Origin: Alphaproteobacteria bacterium
GTDB taxonomy: Bacteria > Pseudomonadota > Alphaproteobacteria > SHVV01
Reading direction: 5' to 3'
Length of the DNA: 64,000 nucleotides
Assembly (NCBI GenBank): GCA_965261735.1
Contig: OZ253470.1
Location: 1,120,001 to 1,184,000 of the forward strand
Shown here piece after piece: positions 8,769 through 18,467 of this stretch. The number at the start of each line of letters is the position of its first letter. The first letter of the stretch is position 1. Under the pieces are notes generated by a model. That model did not search any database and was not told the DNA's origin. It saw only the letters and a list, made by a program, of their open reading frames with translations. A program made the position numbers and the translations under genes.

Positions 8769-10189
8769 GTTGCAGCCCTCCATTCAGCCATGGTCTTGCC
8801 GCCCTTGCTGCGATTACAGCCCGAGCAAAGTAGTTGCAGGTTGTCGGTGTGGTCGGTGCCGCCCTTTGACCGGGGCAGGATGTGGTCAACGTCCATCACC
8901 CGGAACGGGAAGTGAGTCTCGCAGCCGACACACACGCCTTCCTGTTCTCCGTAGAGGCGGTGGCGGTGCGTCCGGTAGTTCGGAAGCTTGCCTAGGTCAG
9001 TGCGCTTAGGCGCCTCCGTGAGCGCTGTAGCTCCACCCCAAGGCATTTTGCCGCGATCCTCGGCGATCCGTTCGTCTACCAGCTTGATCGCCAGCGGAGA
9101 CAGGTCGACACCCGCCCACTCCCGTTGGAGCCGATCCGCCGCAACAAGGGCCGTGGCGCAACCACAGAAGGGGTCCAGCACCATGTCGCCGGGGTCGGTA
9201 CTAGCGAGTATCACGCGCTCCAGCAATGCGAGGGGCTTTTGTGTCGGATATCCCGTGCGTTCCTTTGCCTGCGAATTTACGGGCGGAATGTCAGTCCAAA
9301 TATCCGGCGGAACTTGGCCGGGACTGGCGGCGAGGTAGCGTTTCAGTTCCGGCGTTCCGTTCGCGGTGAATTCGATCAGGCCCGCCTCGTGCAGCATATC
9401 GAGCCGCGCGAGGATACTTGTTTCGCCGCGGTAGCCGGGGATCAGGTTCGCCTCGATCCACGCCGCGTAATCGCCGATCTTCGGCACGCTCCAACAGCGC
9501 CCAATATCGGTCGGGTTCCAGCCGCGCCACGGTTTCCCGGCCTCGCCGTCGCTCGTCTTGGGGCCGGTCAAGTTGTCCCGGCGATATTGTCCCCGGTCAT
9601 CCACATGGCGGTATTTCGAGCGAACGTTGTCATCTGACAGGGGAACCCTCACCCCGCCGCGGCGGATGTCCGAGCCGTAGAGCAGCAGCCGATCCCCAGT
9701 ACGGCCAAACCGGCCCGCGTCATTGTGATTGCCGATCCGCTTCCAGACGATCTCGTTGCGGAACGCGGACACGCCGAACACGGCATCCATAAGTGTCCGA
9801 AGCCAATGCCCGGCGGCATCGTCGCAGTGGAGGTAGATCGAGCCCATGCCCTTGAGGATGCGGCGCATTTCCAACAGCCGGACGGCCATCATGATGAGGT
9901 AGGCTTGCATCGGCTTGCCGTGCGCTTGCCGCGCTGCTTCAATTACCGAGTGGGCGGCAGGGTGGCGATCCGCCAGTTCACCGTGTTCGTGGACATCAAC
10001 ATCGCTCAACGTCCAAGCGTCTTTGAATGCGGCGCCGGCGGCCTTACTACCTATCGGCGCCTCATAATTTCGGTTCGAGTTGAACGGCGGATCGAGATAG
10101 ATCAGATCCACGCACGCATCGTTCATGCCCCGCATGATTTCGAGATTGTCGCCGGTCCACACCGTCCCGCTGGCGAAGTTAGCGGCCAT
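8765..10189 (-). CDS. N6/N4 DNA methyltransferase (beta-class motif order) fused to a C-terminal HNH endonuclease
   Basis: DLIYLDPPF, YPTQKPLALL, VLDPFCGCAT, then CVGC...DVDHILPRSKGG.D..DNLQLLCSGCNRSKG. Confidence 0.92.
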   Translation of the reverse strand: MAANFASGTVWTGDNLEIMRGMNDACVDLIYLDPPFNSNRNYEAPIGSKAAGAAFKDAWTLSDVDVHEHGELADRHPAAHSVIEAARQAHGKPMQAYLIMMAVRLLEMRRILKGMGSIYLHCDDAAGHWLRTLMDAVFGVSAFRNEIVWKRIGNHNDAGRFGRTGDRLLLYGSDIRRGGVRVPLSDDNVRSKYRHVDDRGQYRRDNLTGPKTSDGEAGKPWRGWNPTDIGRCWSVPKIGDYAAWIEANLIPGYRGETSILARLDMLHEAGLIEFTANGTPELKRYLAASPGQVPPDIWTDIPPVNSQAKERTGYPTQKPLALLERVILASTDPGDMVLDPFCGCATALVAADRLQREWAGVDLSPLAIKLVDERIAEDRGKMPWGGATALTEAPKRTDLGKLPNYRTHRHRLYGEQEGVCVGCETHFPFRVMDVDHILPRSKGGTDHTDNLQLLCSGCNRSKGGKTMAEWRAAT

Positions 10190-10754
10190 GGGGTGGACCA
10201 CTCCGAACAGTTGCCCAATAGGTATCGTCAATACTCCTGCCTATGATGAACCCATTCCTTATCGTTATAAACCCCCGATTCCAGATAACCTTCAATTCAC
10301 ACTTATACTCCCCAGGCTCTATAGTTATATTCTTTGATTGGTCGTTTATTGTTGCCTTTGGTTGTCCCGCTTCTTGAAAACATATAACAGCAATTCCAGG
10401 AAGTCCTGCGTCCAAATTCACACGCAGAGAAGGGGTGCCGCTCTCTACATTGATCGTCGGCCTTATCTTGTCCCCGACTAGCGATCCCCTCCCGCCCTCT
10501 CTAATGGTAGCAAACGCGCATAGGTTGTTGGCGGTTTCACGGTAAGCAAGTTTTTTTCTCCATCCCTTGACGGGATCGTTCGCTATGAAACACTTCAGAC
10601 CAACGCCACTTTCTCTTCTGTCGACCGTAAACGTCAAACTTATAGCGGGCTTCCCCCACCACATTTGGAATGCGGTCGGCAGAGTCACAAGGCCAATCCC
10701 AAAAGCGACGCCCGACAGGACCACGTCCGTCCATCCCAACCATTCTGGCACCAT
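10179..10754 (-). CDS. Hypothetical passenger protein with N-terminal TM helix
   Basis: 191-aa ORF of lower GC with a hydrophobic N-terminus. Its stop overlaps the methylase start by 11 bp. Confidence 0.7.
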   Translation of the reverse strand: MVPEWLGWTDVVLSGVAFGIGLVTLPTAFQMWWGKPAISLTFTVDRRESGVGLKCFIANDPVKGWRKKLAYRETANNLCAFATIREGGRGSLVGDKIRPTINVESGTPSLRVNLDAGLPGIAVICFQEAGQPKATINDQSKNITIEPGEYKCELKVIWNRGFITIRNGFIIGRSIDDTYWATVRSGPPHGR

Positions 10755-10899
10755 CCCCCCATCATGCGGATTCCCCGTTCGGCGTCAACGTTTCTTTGTA
10801 ATCCCCTGTTTTTGAGGCGGCTTGGCCGCCGCCATTTTCATTTGACTTGCCGTCGACCCGGCGCAGGATGACGGTAAAGCATTGATGCGGGGGGAGCGT

Positions 10900-12327
10900 A
10901 TGTCCTTGGCCGGTTCAGCGACACTGAAGGAAGCAGCCACGCTAAGTGGATGCACGGACGAAGAGCTAGCGCGCTTTGGCGAGAGCCTGCGGGCGCTGTC
11001 GCTGCACCAGGCCACGCGGATCAACCCCTTTGCGTTCGCCGAAGCGGCCGGCCTCGCGTCGGAGACGGCTGTAGATATCTTCGTCCACGGCGCCAAACTC
11101 GGTCTGTTCGACCTCGAATGGGGCATGGTGTGCCCAATGTGCGGCGCCATCACCAACAGCGTCGCTCGGCTCGACAACGTCGAGGAAGATGTTCTGTTCT
11201 GCGCGCAGTGCGCCCGCGATGCGCCGTCGGTCCTGGACGACACGGTCGAGGTCACCTTCGCCTACAACCCGGGCGCCGAAACCTTCGACATGCACGGCGA
11301 CTTTCCGAGCTACCTCGAGTACCACACTTCCTCGAGCTATCCCTATCGCGAGGGCTGGCAGGGCTACCATAAGCGCCACACGGTGGCCGACATCAAGCTC
11401 GGCATCGGCGCGAGCGGCGCGCTGACACTACCGTTAGAAGCCGGGCAAACATACCGGCTGGTGTGCCTCGACACCCATTCGGGGGCGATGCTCGAGGTCG
11501 CGCAGGAAGGGCAGGCGGCGGACGGCGCGAAAGTCGAGGTGACACTCTCGGACGCCGGCTTTTCGCGGGATAGCCTAACTTTGCCCCCAGGCAAGTCGAC
11601 GCTCTCGCTCACCAACCTCACCGACCAGCCGGTATGGTGCTGGGTGGTGCGGCGCAACTTCGATGAAGCGATGGCGATCATGAAACAGATGCCGCCACCG
11701 TTCGGTCGGCGCCTCACCGGCAAGCACCTACTCAACAACCAGGCGTTTCGCGACACCTTCGCGTTGCACGAGCTGGCGCCCGACCTCAAGCTCAAGCTAC
11801 GCAGCATTACCCTACTGTTCACCGACCTCAAGGGCTCCACCGCGCTCTACGACCGCGAGGGCGACCTAGCCGCCTATCGGTTGGTGCAGGACCATTTCGT
11901 TGCGCTGAAGAGGGTCGTGCGCACCCACTCGGGCGCCATGATCAAGACGATGGGCGATGCCGTGATGGCCGCGTTCCCGGACGGCAGCGACGGGACCGCC
12001 GCGGCGATCTCCATGATGACGGCGATGCGGAACCTGGCCGGAGACATCCAAAGCAACGAAATCGGCCTCAAGGTCGGCCTCCACGCCGGGCCGGCACTGG
12101 CGATCAACTCCGGCACCAGCGTCGATTATTTCGGTCAGACCGTGAACATCGCCGCGCGCGTACAGAGCCTTGCCGACGCCGGCGACATCTGTGTCACGGG
12201 GGCGTTGAACGAAGAGGAAGCGATCCCGGCGTTGCTCACCGATGCCGGCTATACCGGCTACTCAGAGATGGCCAAGCTCAAGGGCGTATCGGCCGAAGAG
12301 AAGGTCTTCCGCTACCGCCCGGCCTAA
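10900..12327 (+). CDS. Adenylate/guanylate cyclase with N-terminal DUF5939-like domain
   Basis: CPMCG...CAQC N-terminus, LLFTDLKGSTALY, KTMGDAVMA, KVGLHAG, DYFGQTVNIAARVQ. Confidence 0.9.
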   Translation: MSLAGSATLKEAATLSGCTDEELARFGESLRALSLHQATRINPFAFAEAAGLASETAVDIFVHGAKLGLFDLEWGMVCPMCGAITNSVARLDNVEEDVLFCAQCARDAPSVLDDTVEVTFAYNPGAETFDMHGDFPSYLEYHTSSSYPYREGWQGYHKRHTVADIKLGIGASGALTLPLEAGQTYRLVCLDTHSGAMLEVAQEGQAADGAKVEVTLSDAGFSRDSLTLPPGKSTLSLTNLTDQPVWCWVVRRNFDEAMAIMKQMPPPFGRRLTGKHLLNNQAFRDTFALHELAPDLKLKLRSITLLFTDLKGSTALYDREGDLAAYRLVQDHFVALKRVVRTHSGAMIKTMGDAVMAAFPDGSDGTAAAISMMTAMRNLAGDIQSNEIGLKVGLHAGPALAINSGTSVDYFGQTVNIAARVQSLADAGDICVTGALNEEEAIPALLTDAGYTGYSEMAKLKGVSAEEKVFRYRPA

Positions 12328-12358
12328 ACCGCCATCGGTCGGGCCAACCCCGGACATC

Positions 12359-12388
12359 GGCTGTCGCAGCGCTGGCTGTCGCAGCGCT
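12359..12388 (+). repeat. 15-bp tandem duplication
   Basis: ggctgtcgcagcgct x2. Confidence 0.9.
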
Positions 12389-12391
12389 AGC

Positions 12392-12523
12392 GTGGCTGTT
12401 CAACGTCGTCGGCACCGCGGACCTGCTCCACGCCGTGTTCCGCGGCTTCATGGTCGATGCCCAGCAGACCATGGGCGCGGCCTGGTACATCCCGACCTTC
12501 ATCGTCCCCCTGCTTCTGGTAAC
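12392..12523 (+). repeat. Diverged internal copy of 7359-7489 (membrane-protein gene fragment)
   Basis: About 130 bp align at roughly 90% by hand count. No start or end of the gene is present. Confidence 0.9.
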
Positions 12524-12782
12524 GTGTATTTTTGCTGACATACATATGGCAGGCGGCAGGGAACCCAGCCCCGCGGGGGGTCGTATCGGTTTCATCGTTG
12601 CTATCCATTTATGGCCCTACATACTGATTGGGGCCGGTGCGTTCGTCGTCTACAAATTGGGCATTGGGCTTTGGAATAGGCGTCGGCGGTAGAGCGGTAA
12701 GGTGCGAACTCACTTCCCCATCCTGCGTCACCGACTTCTGCTGCTGGTCACCACCGGACTTCGCCGGCTCGCGCCCTCCCCC

Positions 12783-14411
12783 CTACCCCGCCGGTAGTTG
12801 GTAGTCCTTGTAGGTCTCGCGGAGCGTGGCTTTTTGGATCTTGCCGGTGGCGGTGAGGGGGAGCTCGTCGGTGAAAACGACGTCGTCGGGGATCCACCAC
12901 TTGGCGACCTTGCCCTGGAGGAAGGCGAGGATGTCGTCCTTGTTCGGGCTCTTGCCGTCGGCGGGCACGACGACCAGGAGCGGGCGCTCCTCCCACTTCG
13001 GGTGGTGGACGCCGATGACGGCGGCCTGCTTCACGTCGGGGTGGCCGAAAGCCAGGTTCTCAAGCGTGATCGAGCTGATCCACTCGCCGCCCGACTTGAT
13101 CACGTCCTTGGTGCGGTCGGTGATCTGCATGTAGCCGTGCTCATCGAGCGTGGAGACATCGCCCGTCGGCATCCAACCGTCCGCGTCGAGCACCTCCCCG
13201 CCTTCGCCCTTGAAGTAGCCGCTCGCCGCCCACGAGCCGCGCACCCACAGGTCGCCGAAGGTCTCGCCGTCGCGCGGCACCCCGGTGCCTTCCGAGTTGG
13301 TGATCTTGAGCTCGAGGCCGTACTGCACGCGGCCCTGCTTGTGCAGGATGCGCTGCTGCTCCTCGAACGGCATGGCGGCGATCTCGGGTGTCGTCGTCGC
13401 CATCGTCCCCAGCGGGCTCGTCTCCGTCATGCCCCAGATTTGCAGCACCGTGACGCCGTACTTCTCGCGCAGGATATCGATCATGTGGCGCGGCACCGCC
13501 GAGCCGCCGATGGTGACGCGGCCGAGCGATTCCATCGTGTGGCCCGAGCCCTCGAGGTAATCGAGCAACATGGTCCACACCGTCGGCACCGCGACCGAGA
13601 AGGTGACGCGCTCGGCATCGATCAGCTCGTGGATGCTGGCGCCGTCCATCTTGGTGCCGGGCAGCACCAGCGTGGCCCCGCACATCGGCGCCAGGTACGG
13701 CAGTGACCAGCCGTTGCCGTGATACATCGGCGCGATGGCGAGGATCACGTCGTTCGCCGACAGGCCCATGGCGCTGTTCTGGGCCGCCGCCATGGCGTGA
13801 ATGACCATCGAGCGGTGGCCGTAGAGCACGCCCTTGGGGTCGCCGGTGGTGCCCGAGGTGTAGCACAGCGAGGACGCGGTACGTTCGTCGAACACGGGCC
13901 ACTCGAAGTCCGCGCTCTCGGCCGCGAGCAGCGTCTCATAGCACAGCGCGTTCGCGAGCTTGGTGTCGGGCATGTGCGCCTCGTCGGTGAGGATCACGTA
14001 GGCCTGGACGGACGAAAGCTGCGGCGCCAACCTTTCTGCGAGCTCGACGAAGGAGAGGTCGAGGAACACGACCTTATCCTCAGCGTGGTTGATGATGTAG
14101 AGGATCTGCTCCTCGAACAGGCGCGGGTTGACGGTGTGCAGCACGGCGGCGATGCACGAGACCCCGTAGAACAGCTCGAAATGGCGGTAGCCGTTCCAGG
14201 CCAGGGTGCCGACGCGGTCGGCCTCGCCGATGCCCAGGCGATGAAGCGCGTTGGCGAGCTGCTTCGAGCGCGCTTCGGCCTCGCGATAGGTGTAGCGGTG
14301 GATCGGTCCCTCGACCGTGCGCGAGACGATCTCGCGGTTCGGGTGGTAGCGGGCCGCATAGGTGAGGAAGGACGAGATCAGCAGCTGCGTGTCCTGCATC
14401 AAAGCGAACAT
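12783..14411 (-). CDS. Acyl-CoA ligase (long-chain/3-methylthiopropionyl-CoA ligase-like)
   Basis: [46 protein letters not shown]. Confidence 0.94.
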   Translation of the reverse strand: MFALMQDTQLLISSFLTYAARYHPNREIVSRTVEGPIHRYTYREAEARSKQLANALHRLGIGEADRVGTLAWNGYRHFELFYGVSCIAAVLHTVNPRLFEEQILYIINHAEDKVVFLDLSFVELAERLAPQLSSVQAYVILTDEAHMPDTKLANALCYETLLAAESADFEWPVFDERTASSLCYTSGTTGDPKGVLYGHRSMVIHAMAAAQNSAMGLSANDVILAIAPMYHGNGWSLPYLAPMCGATLVLPGTKMDGASIHELIDAERVTFSVAVPTVWTMLLDYLEGSGHTMESLGRVTIGGSAVPRHMIDILREKYGVTVLQIWGMTETSPLGTMATTTPEIAAMPFEEQQRILHKQGRVQYGLELKITNSEGTGVPRDGETFGDLWVRGSWAASGYFKGEGGEVLDADGWMPTGDVSTLDEHGYMQITDRTKDVIKSGGEWISSITLENLAFGHPDVKQAAVIGVHHPKWEERPLLVVVPADGKSPNKDDILAFLQGKVAKWWIPDDVVFTDELPLTATGKIQKATLRETYKDYQLPAG

Positions 14412-14463
14412 GGGGCCTCCCTGGGTCTCCATCGATGTCGTCGTGCGGCGCCGTGCAGCGCGC

Positions 14464-15246
14464 CTATTGGCGGTAGGAGGGGTCCTCGCGATCGAGCAGC
14501 CGGAGCAGAGACGGCCATGCCGCTTCGCTCGTCTCGATCTGGCTCGATTGCTGGCTCGCCGTGTGTGCCTGCACCGCCGCGGACGGCAGCGCGAGTTTCG
14601 CCCCGCCCGACTGGGCGAGGAGCTGGGCCCGGCACGCCTGCTCGACCAGATAGGCGAGCTGGAAGGTGGCCGCCACCGTGGGGCCGAGAACGAGGGTGCC
14701 GTGGTTGCGCAGGATCAGCACCTTCTTGTCGCCGCGGGCGTCGGCCATGAGGCGCTCGCTCTCCTCGGCGTCGAGCGCGAAACCCTCGAAGTCGTGATAG
14801 GCGACGAGGTGCGAGATGCCGAGCGCGGTTTGATTGATCGGCAGCAGCCCCTCGGCCAGCGCCGAGACCGCGGCGCCGGCGTCGGTTTCGAGGTGCATGA
14901 CGCAGCCCACGGTGCGTGCCGGCGCATACCGGCGCTCATAGTCCTCGGTATACCAAGGCGTGTGCAGGGCCGGCGCGGCGGCGTTGAGGGGATAGTCGCT
15001 CGCACCCACGATGTTGCCCTCGAGGTCGGCCTTGACCAGCGAGGACGCGGTGATCTCGCTGAACAGCAGACCGAAGGGGTTGAGCAGGATGCATGGCGCG
15101 TCGGGGACCCGGGCCGAGAGGTGGCTGAAGATCAACTGATCCCAGCCGAAGCGGGCGACGAGGCGGTAGCAAGCGGCGAGGTCGACGCGGACGTCGCGTT
15201 CCGCATTGGACATCGTACGCGCCGTGTCCGGAGCAGCCATCGACAT
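14464..15246 (-). CDS. Class II aldolase/adducin family protein
   Basis: RVDLAACYRL, HLSARVP, NPFGLLFSEITASSL, LILRNHG. Confidence 0.9.
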   Translation of the reverse strand: MSMAAPDTARTMSNAERDVRVDLAACYRLVARFGWDQLIFSHLSARVPDAPCILLNPFGLLFSEITASSLVKADLEGNIVGASDYPLNAAAPALHTPWYTEDYERRYAPARTVGCVMHLETDAGAAVSALAEGLLPINQTALGISHLVAYHDFEGFALDAEESERLMADARGDKKVLILRNHGTLVLGPTVAATFQLAYLVEQACRAQLLAQSGGAKLALPSAAVQAHTASQQSSQIETSEAAWPSLLRLLDREDPSYRQ

Positions 15247-15315
15247 AGACGTCCTCCTTCGCGCTTCCAGCGGTGCTCGCCCCGAATAGGCCTGAAAATC
15301 GGCGCTACGCGACGC

Positions 15316-16323
15316 TTACACCAAGTACGGGCGCAACGCCTTCTCGGCTCCGGCGGCGGCCGCGAAATCGGGCTTGCGCGCGACGAAAAACTCGCATGGC
15401 GTGCCGTCCGGATCGACCACGAACAGGCTGTGCTTGGCGGCGTTGTCGATGCGCCTGTCGATGGCGACGCCGGCCTCCTCGAGCGCGGCTTCAGCCGCCC
15501 CCAGGTCGTTCTCGCCGGCGAGCTGGAAGCCGTAGTGGTGGACCCGTGGCGCGGCGCCCCCCTCCTGCTTGAACAGGGCGAGCGAACAGGCGTAGCCCGC
15601 GCGTGTGCCGGCGAAGCAGGTGAAGGCGCCGTCGGGAGCGGCGTACACCACCTCGAGGCCGGCGACGTCGCGGTAGAATTCGACCATCGACTCGTACTGG
15701 CCGGCCAGCAGCACGGAGTGGGTGATGCGCTGCGGGGCGATCAGGGCGCCCGCGACCCGGCCGATCTCGGGATTCACCGGATAATGGGAGTCGGTGCGAG
15801 CCGGCGCCGCGTTGGGCTCCCACGAGCCCGTGATCTGCGTGCCCACCCCGCGCTCGAAGACGCCGCGCCAGTCGCTGGTGGTGTCGGCGTAGAACTCGTG
15901 CAGATAGCCGTCGGGGTCGAAGAGGTAGACGCCGTTCGAAGCCGTATGGTCGACGCAGCGGTGGATGGCGACGCCCGAGGCGAGCGCGCGGTTGTAGGCC
16001 TCCACGAGCTCCTTCTCGTTCTCCATCTCCCAGCCGAAGTGGTTGATGCCGGGCTTGGCGGCGCGGCCGTCCGAGGGCAGCGGTTTGCCGTCGTTGCCGA
16101 GACGGGTCTCGGTGGTGGTCTGAACCACGGCGAGGTCGTGGTGCGTGTTGCCGTTCGAGAGAAAGCGCGACCTTCCCCCGTTGCCCTGGAAAACCTCATC
16201 GAAACCGGCGATTTTGTTGTAGAAGTGGAACGAGCGCTCGACGTCGCCGACGAAGATGTTGGCGTGGCCGAGGCGGCGCGGTGCGAACATGGCGGCGGGG
16301 TTTTCCTGCGGCTGAACGGTCAT
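15316..16323 (-). CDS. VOC-family protein (extradiol dioxygenase-like, two domains)
   Basis: RLGHANI, THHDLA, GINHFGW, VYLFDPDG.LHEFY, and a second VOC repeat. Confidence 0.85.
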   Translation of the reverse strand: MTVQPQENPAAMFAPRRLGHANIFVGDVERSFHFYNKIAGFDEVFQGNGGRSRFLSNGNTHHDLAVVQTTTETRLGNDGKPLPSDGRAAKPGINHFGWEMENEKELVEAYNRALASGVAIHRCVDHTASNGVYLFDPDGYLHEFYADTTSDWRGVFERGVGTQITGSWEPNAAPARTDSHYPVNPEIGRVAGALIAPQRITHSVLLAGQYESMVEFYRDVAGLEVVYAAPDGAFTCFAGTRAGYACSLALFKQEGGAAPRVHHYGFQLAGENDLGAAEAALEEAGVAIDRRIDNAAKHSLFVVDPDGTPCEFFVARKPDFAAAAGAEKALRPYLV

Positions 16324-16371
16324 GGCATGGGCCTCCTGGGTTGCGCGCCCGCGGTCTCACGGGGGCGGTCG

Positions 16372-16412
16372 ATGGGCGCGGCAATGGGCGCGGCAATGGG
16401 CGCGGCAATGGG
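16372..16412. repeat. 12-bp tandem repeat x3.4 in a divergent promoter region
   Basis: atgggcgcggca x3 plus atggg. Confidence 0.9.
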
Positions 16413-16496
16413 TAATATAGCATAGGCTGGCGGCGCCTCTCACCATCTATCGGCCGGGCCCGGGTCGCACCAGCGCACGCAACCGAGGGAGAGACC

Positions 16497-17330
16497 ATGC
16501 GCGCTCGCTTTATCGACATCGACGGCGTCCGCACCCGCTATCTCTACGAGGGTGAGGGCAACGCGACCAAGCTGCTGCTGATCCACGCCGGCGGGGTATC
16601 CGCCGACACCTGGCTCAGGAACATCGACGTTCTCGGCCAGGACTTCGCCGTCTACGCGCCCGACAATCTCGGCCATGGCTTCACCGACGCGGTCGACCTC
16701 GGGCCGGACTTGCCCCAGGCGCGCTCGGTGGCCCATCTCGGCGGCTTCATGGACCGACTCGGGCTGGAGCGTTGCGCCGTCGGCGGCAGCTCGTACGGCT
16801 CCCTCGTCTCCGCACTGCTCTACCTCGAGCGTCCGACCCAGGTCGAAAAGCTCATCCTCATCGGCAGCAGCTCCACATTCGATACCGACGAGGACAACAA
16901 GGAGGCGATCAAGGGCGCCTTCGCCAATTCGGCGAAGGCCCTGGGGAGCCCGACGCCGGAGGTCTGCCGCAAGCGCCTCGCCAACGCCGTGTATGACCCG
17001 GCGTCGGTGCCCGACGAGCTCGTGTTCATGCAGCTCACCCAATACGCACAGCCCGACCGGCTGACGTATTACGAGCACGCCATGCGCAAGCGAATCGAGT
17101 GGCAGGGGCCGATGCCCTATCGCGTCGCCGAGCGCCTCGACGAGATCCGCGCGCCGACCCTCATCCTTACGGGCAAGCAGGACAAGCGCACGGACTGGCG
17201 CACCGCAGAGGAAGCGGCGAAGCGGATGCCCAATGCCGTGGCCCACAGCATCGACAAGTGCGGCCACCTCCCCTACCTCGAGTATCCCGACCTCTTCAAC
17301 CGGCTCGTTGCCGAGTTCCTGCGCAGCTAG
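16497..17330 (+). CDS. Alpha/beta hydrolase (meta-cleavage product hydrolase-like)
   Basis: PDNLGHGFT, GSSYG nucleophile elbow, G.QD, CGHLPYLE. Confidence 0.9.
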   Translation: MRARFIDIDGVRTRYLYEGEGNATKLLLIHAGGVSADTWLRNIDVLGQDFAVYAPDNLGHGFTDAVDLGPDLPQARSVAHLGGFMDRLGLERCAVGGSSYGSLVSALLYLERPTQVEKLILIGSSSTFDTDEDNKEAIKGAFANSAKALGSPTPEVCRKRLANAVYDPASVPDELVFMQLTQYAQPDRLTYYEHAMRKRIEWQGPMPYRVAERLDEIRAPTLILTGKQDKRTDWRTAEEAAKRMPNAVAHSIDKCGHLPYLEYPDLFNRLVAEFLRS

Positions 17331-17356
17331 GGCACCATAACGCGTGGGGTTATTTC

Positions 17357-17533
17357 ATGACGGATACCAAGCTCCCGGAGCCGATCGCCTTTACGATGAA
17401 CCTCGTTCCCGATGACGGTGTAACGGTTGACGAGGTGGCGGCGTTATTCGAGACCAGCATCGTCAATCTGGTCTTGCAGAAGAATCGCCCTTCCAGTTTC
17501 CCTAAGCCTAGGGCGCACTTCCTAGCCCGCTGA
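17357..17533 (+). CDS. Short hypothetical protein or fragment
   Basis: 58-aa ORF MTDTKLPEPIAF..., lower GC. Confidence 0.3.
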   Translation: MTDTKLPEPIAFTMNLVPDDGVTVDEVAALFETSIVNLVLQKNRPSSFPKPRAHFLAR

Positions 17534-17682
17534 AAGGCTCGGTAAAGCCGGCCCTGCGAGCGCCGCGACAGCGTGCGCGCGCCTGCTCGGCGGAATAAAT
17601 CCGACTGGCCGGTGTCTATCAGAGTGAAAAGGGGCGGCGCGAGCCAACGCGCCCAAAGCCCTAGGTCAAGGGAGGACGACCC

Positions 17683-17906
17683 ACGAGTGCACCGCACAAG
17701 CTTGCGTTAGCTTTGCTCACGACCACGCTTCTGGTCGGCTGTGCCGCCCAGACATGCCGGCATCCGTCAAGGTCATGGACACCTCGCTCGGCAACGTGTT
17801 GGTCGATGCGAAGGGCATGACGCTGTACGGCTGGGTCAAGGACACCAAATCCGGCGACGTCACCGGGGACGGTGTAGGCAAGGTGTGGCACGCCGCCAAA
17901 CCGTAA
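17683..17906 (+). pseudogene. Decayed secreted-repeat lipoprotein (COG4315-like)
   Basis: GGAGG RBS, ACG in place of ATG, LLVGC lipobox, a frameshift near 17755, then VLVDAKGMTLY joined directly to WVKDTKSGDVTGDGVGKVWH. Confidence 0.75.
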
Positions 17907-17965
17907 GCGCCCGCACAGCAGGCCGGTGGGGCCGGTGGGGCCGGCGGGGACACTCGGTCCTCGCC

Positions 17966-18354
17966 TCAATACTCCATGTCGGCGTGTTTCATCTGCACCA
18001 GTTGGCCGCTCGAAAGGGACATCATCAGTATCGCGATCAGCTCGCGCACGATGATCGTGTGCCGGTTGCCGCTGTCGCGCATTTCGCTCAGCAGGTCTTG
18101 GCGGACCTGCTTGACGCCGGTGACCTCGATCACGAGGTCGACCGGCTGATCGCCCCTAAGCAGCTCGATGAAGTTGGTCGTGGTTCTTACGCCGTGCTTG
18201 GAGGCAAGCTGCACTCCCGGCGCCTCAGCATTGAGATCCGCCAATCCCACGATCTCGACGAATTCCACGTCGATGAGCTGCTTGAGCAGAGGCGTGCCGG
18301 TTTGCCGGTTTCGCCCCCACCGATGACGGCAACCGTGATCTTGTTGTTGCGCAT
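17966..18354 (-). pseudogene. Small Rossmann-fold (Gfo/Idh/MocA N-terminal-like) protein frameshifted by an 8-bp duplication
   Basis: VAVIGGGETG...ADL...VIEVTG. Removing one copy of gccggttt (18296-18311) restores a 126-aa frame. Confidence 0.8.
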
Positions 18355-18467
18355 GGATGAGCTGCCCCCGAGTAGATTAGTTAGTAATGACGGCTACTTG
18401 CTTATGATGGCCGCAATTCCTAGCACATTTTCGCCGCTGCGCGGGCCATCAAACCCCGATGCCGATG

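Larger units (their letters stand above)
7636..10806 (+). mobile_element. IS1595-family transporter IS (tIS) with passenger genes, 3171 bp
   Basis: Perfect 23-bp TIRs GGGGATTACAAAGAAACGTTGAC (7636-7658 and 10784-10806). 8-bp TSD TGTTTTTG (7628-7635 and 10807-10814). Confidence 0.96.

Noticed and set aside
16372-16412. CRISPR-like or iteron array from short repeats (also 12359, 47859, 52214)
   Set aside because: These are head-to-tail tandem repeats without spacers, and there are no cas or rep genes.
17327-17665. Cluster of CTAG sites as an IS-target signature
   Set aside because: Several CTAGs in the window simply coincide with stop codons, and significance cannot be established without counts.
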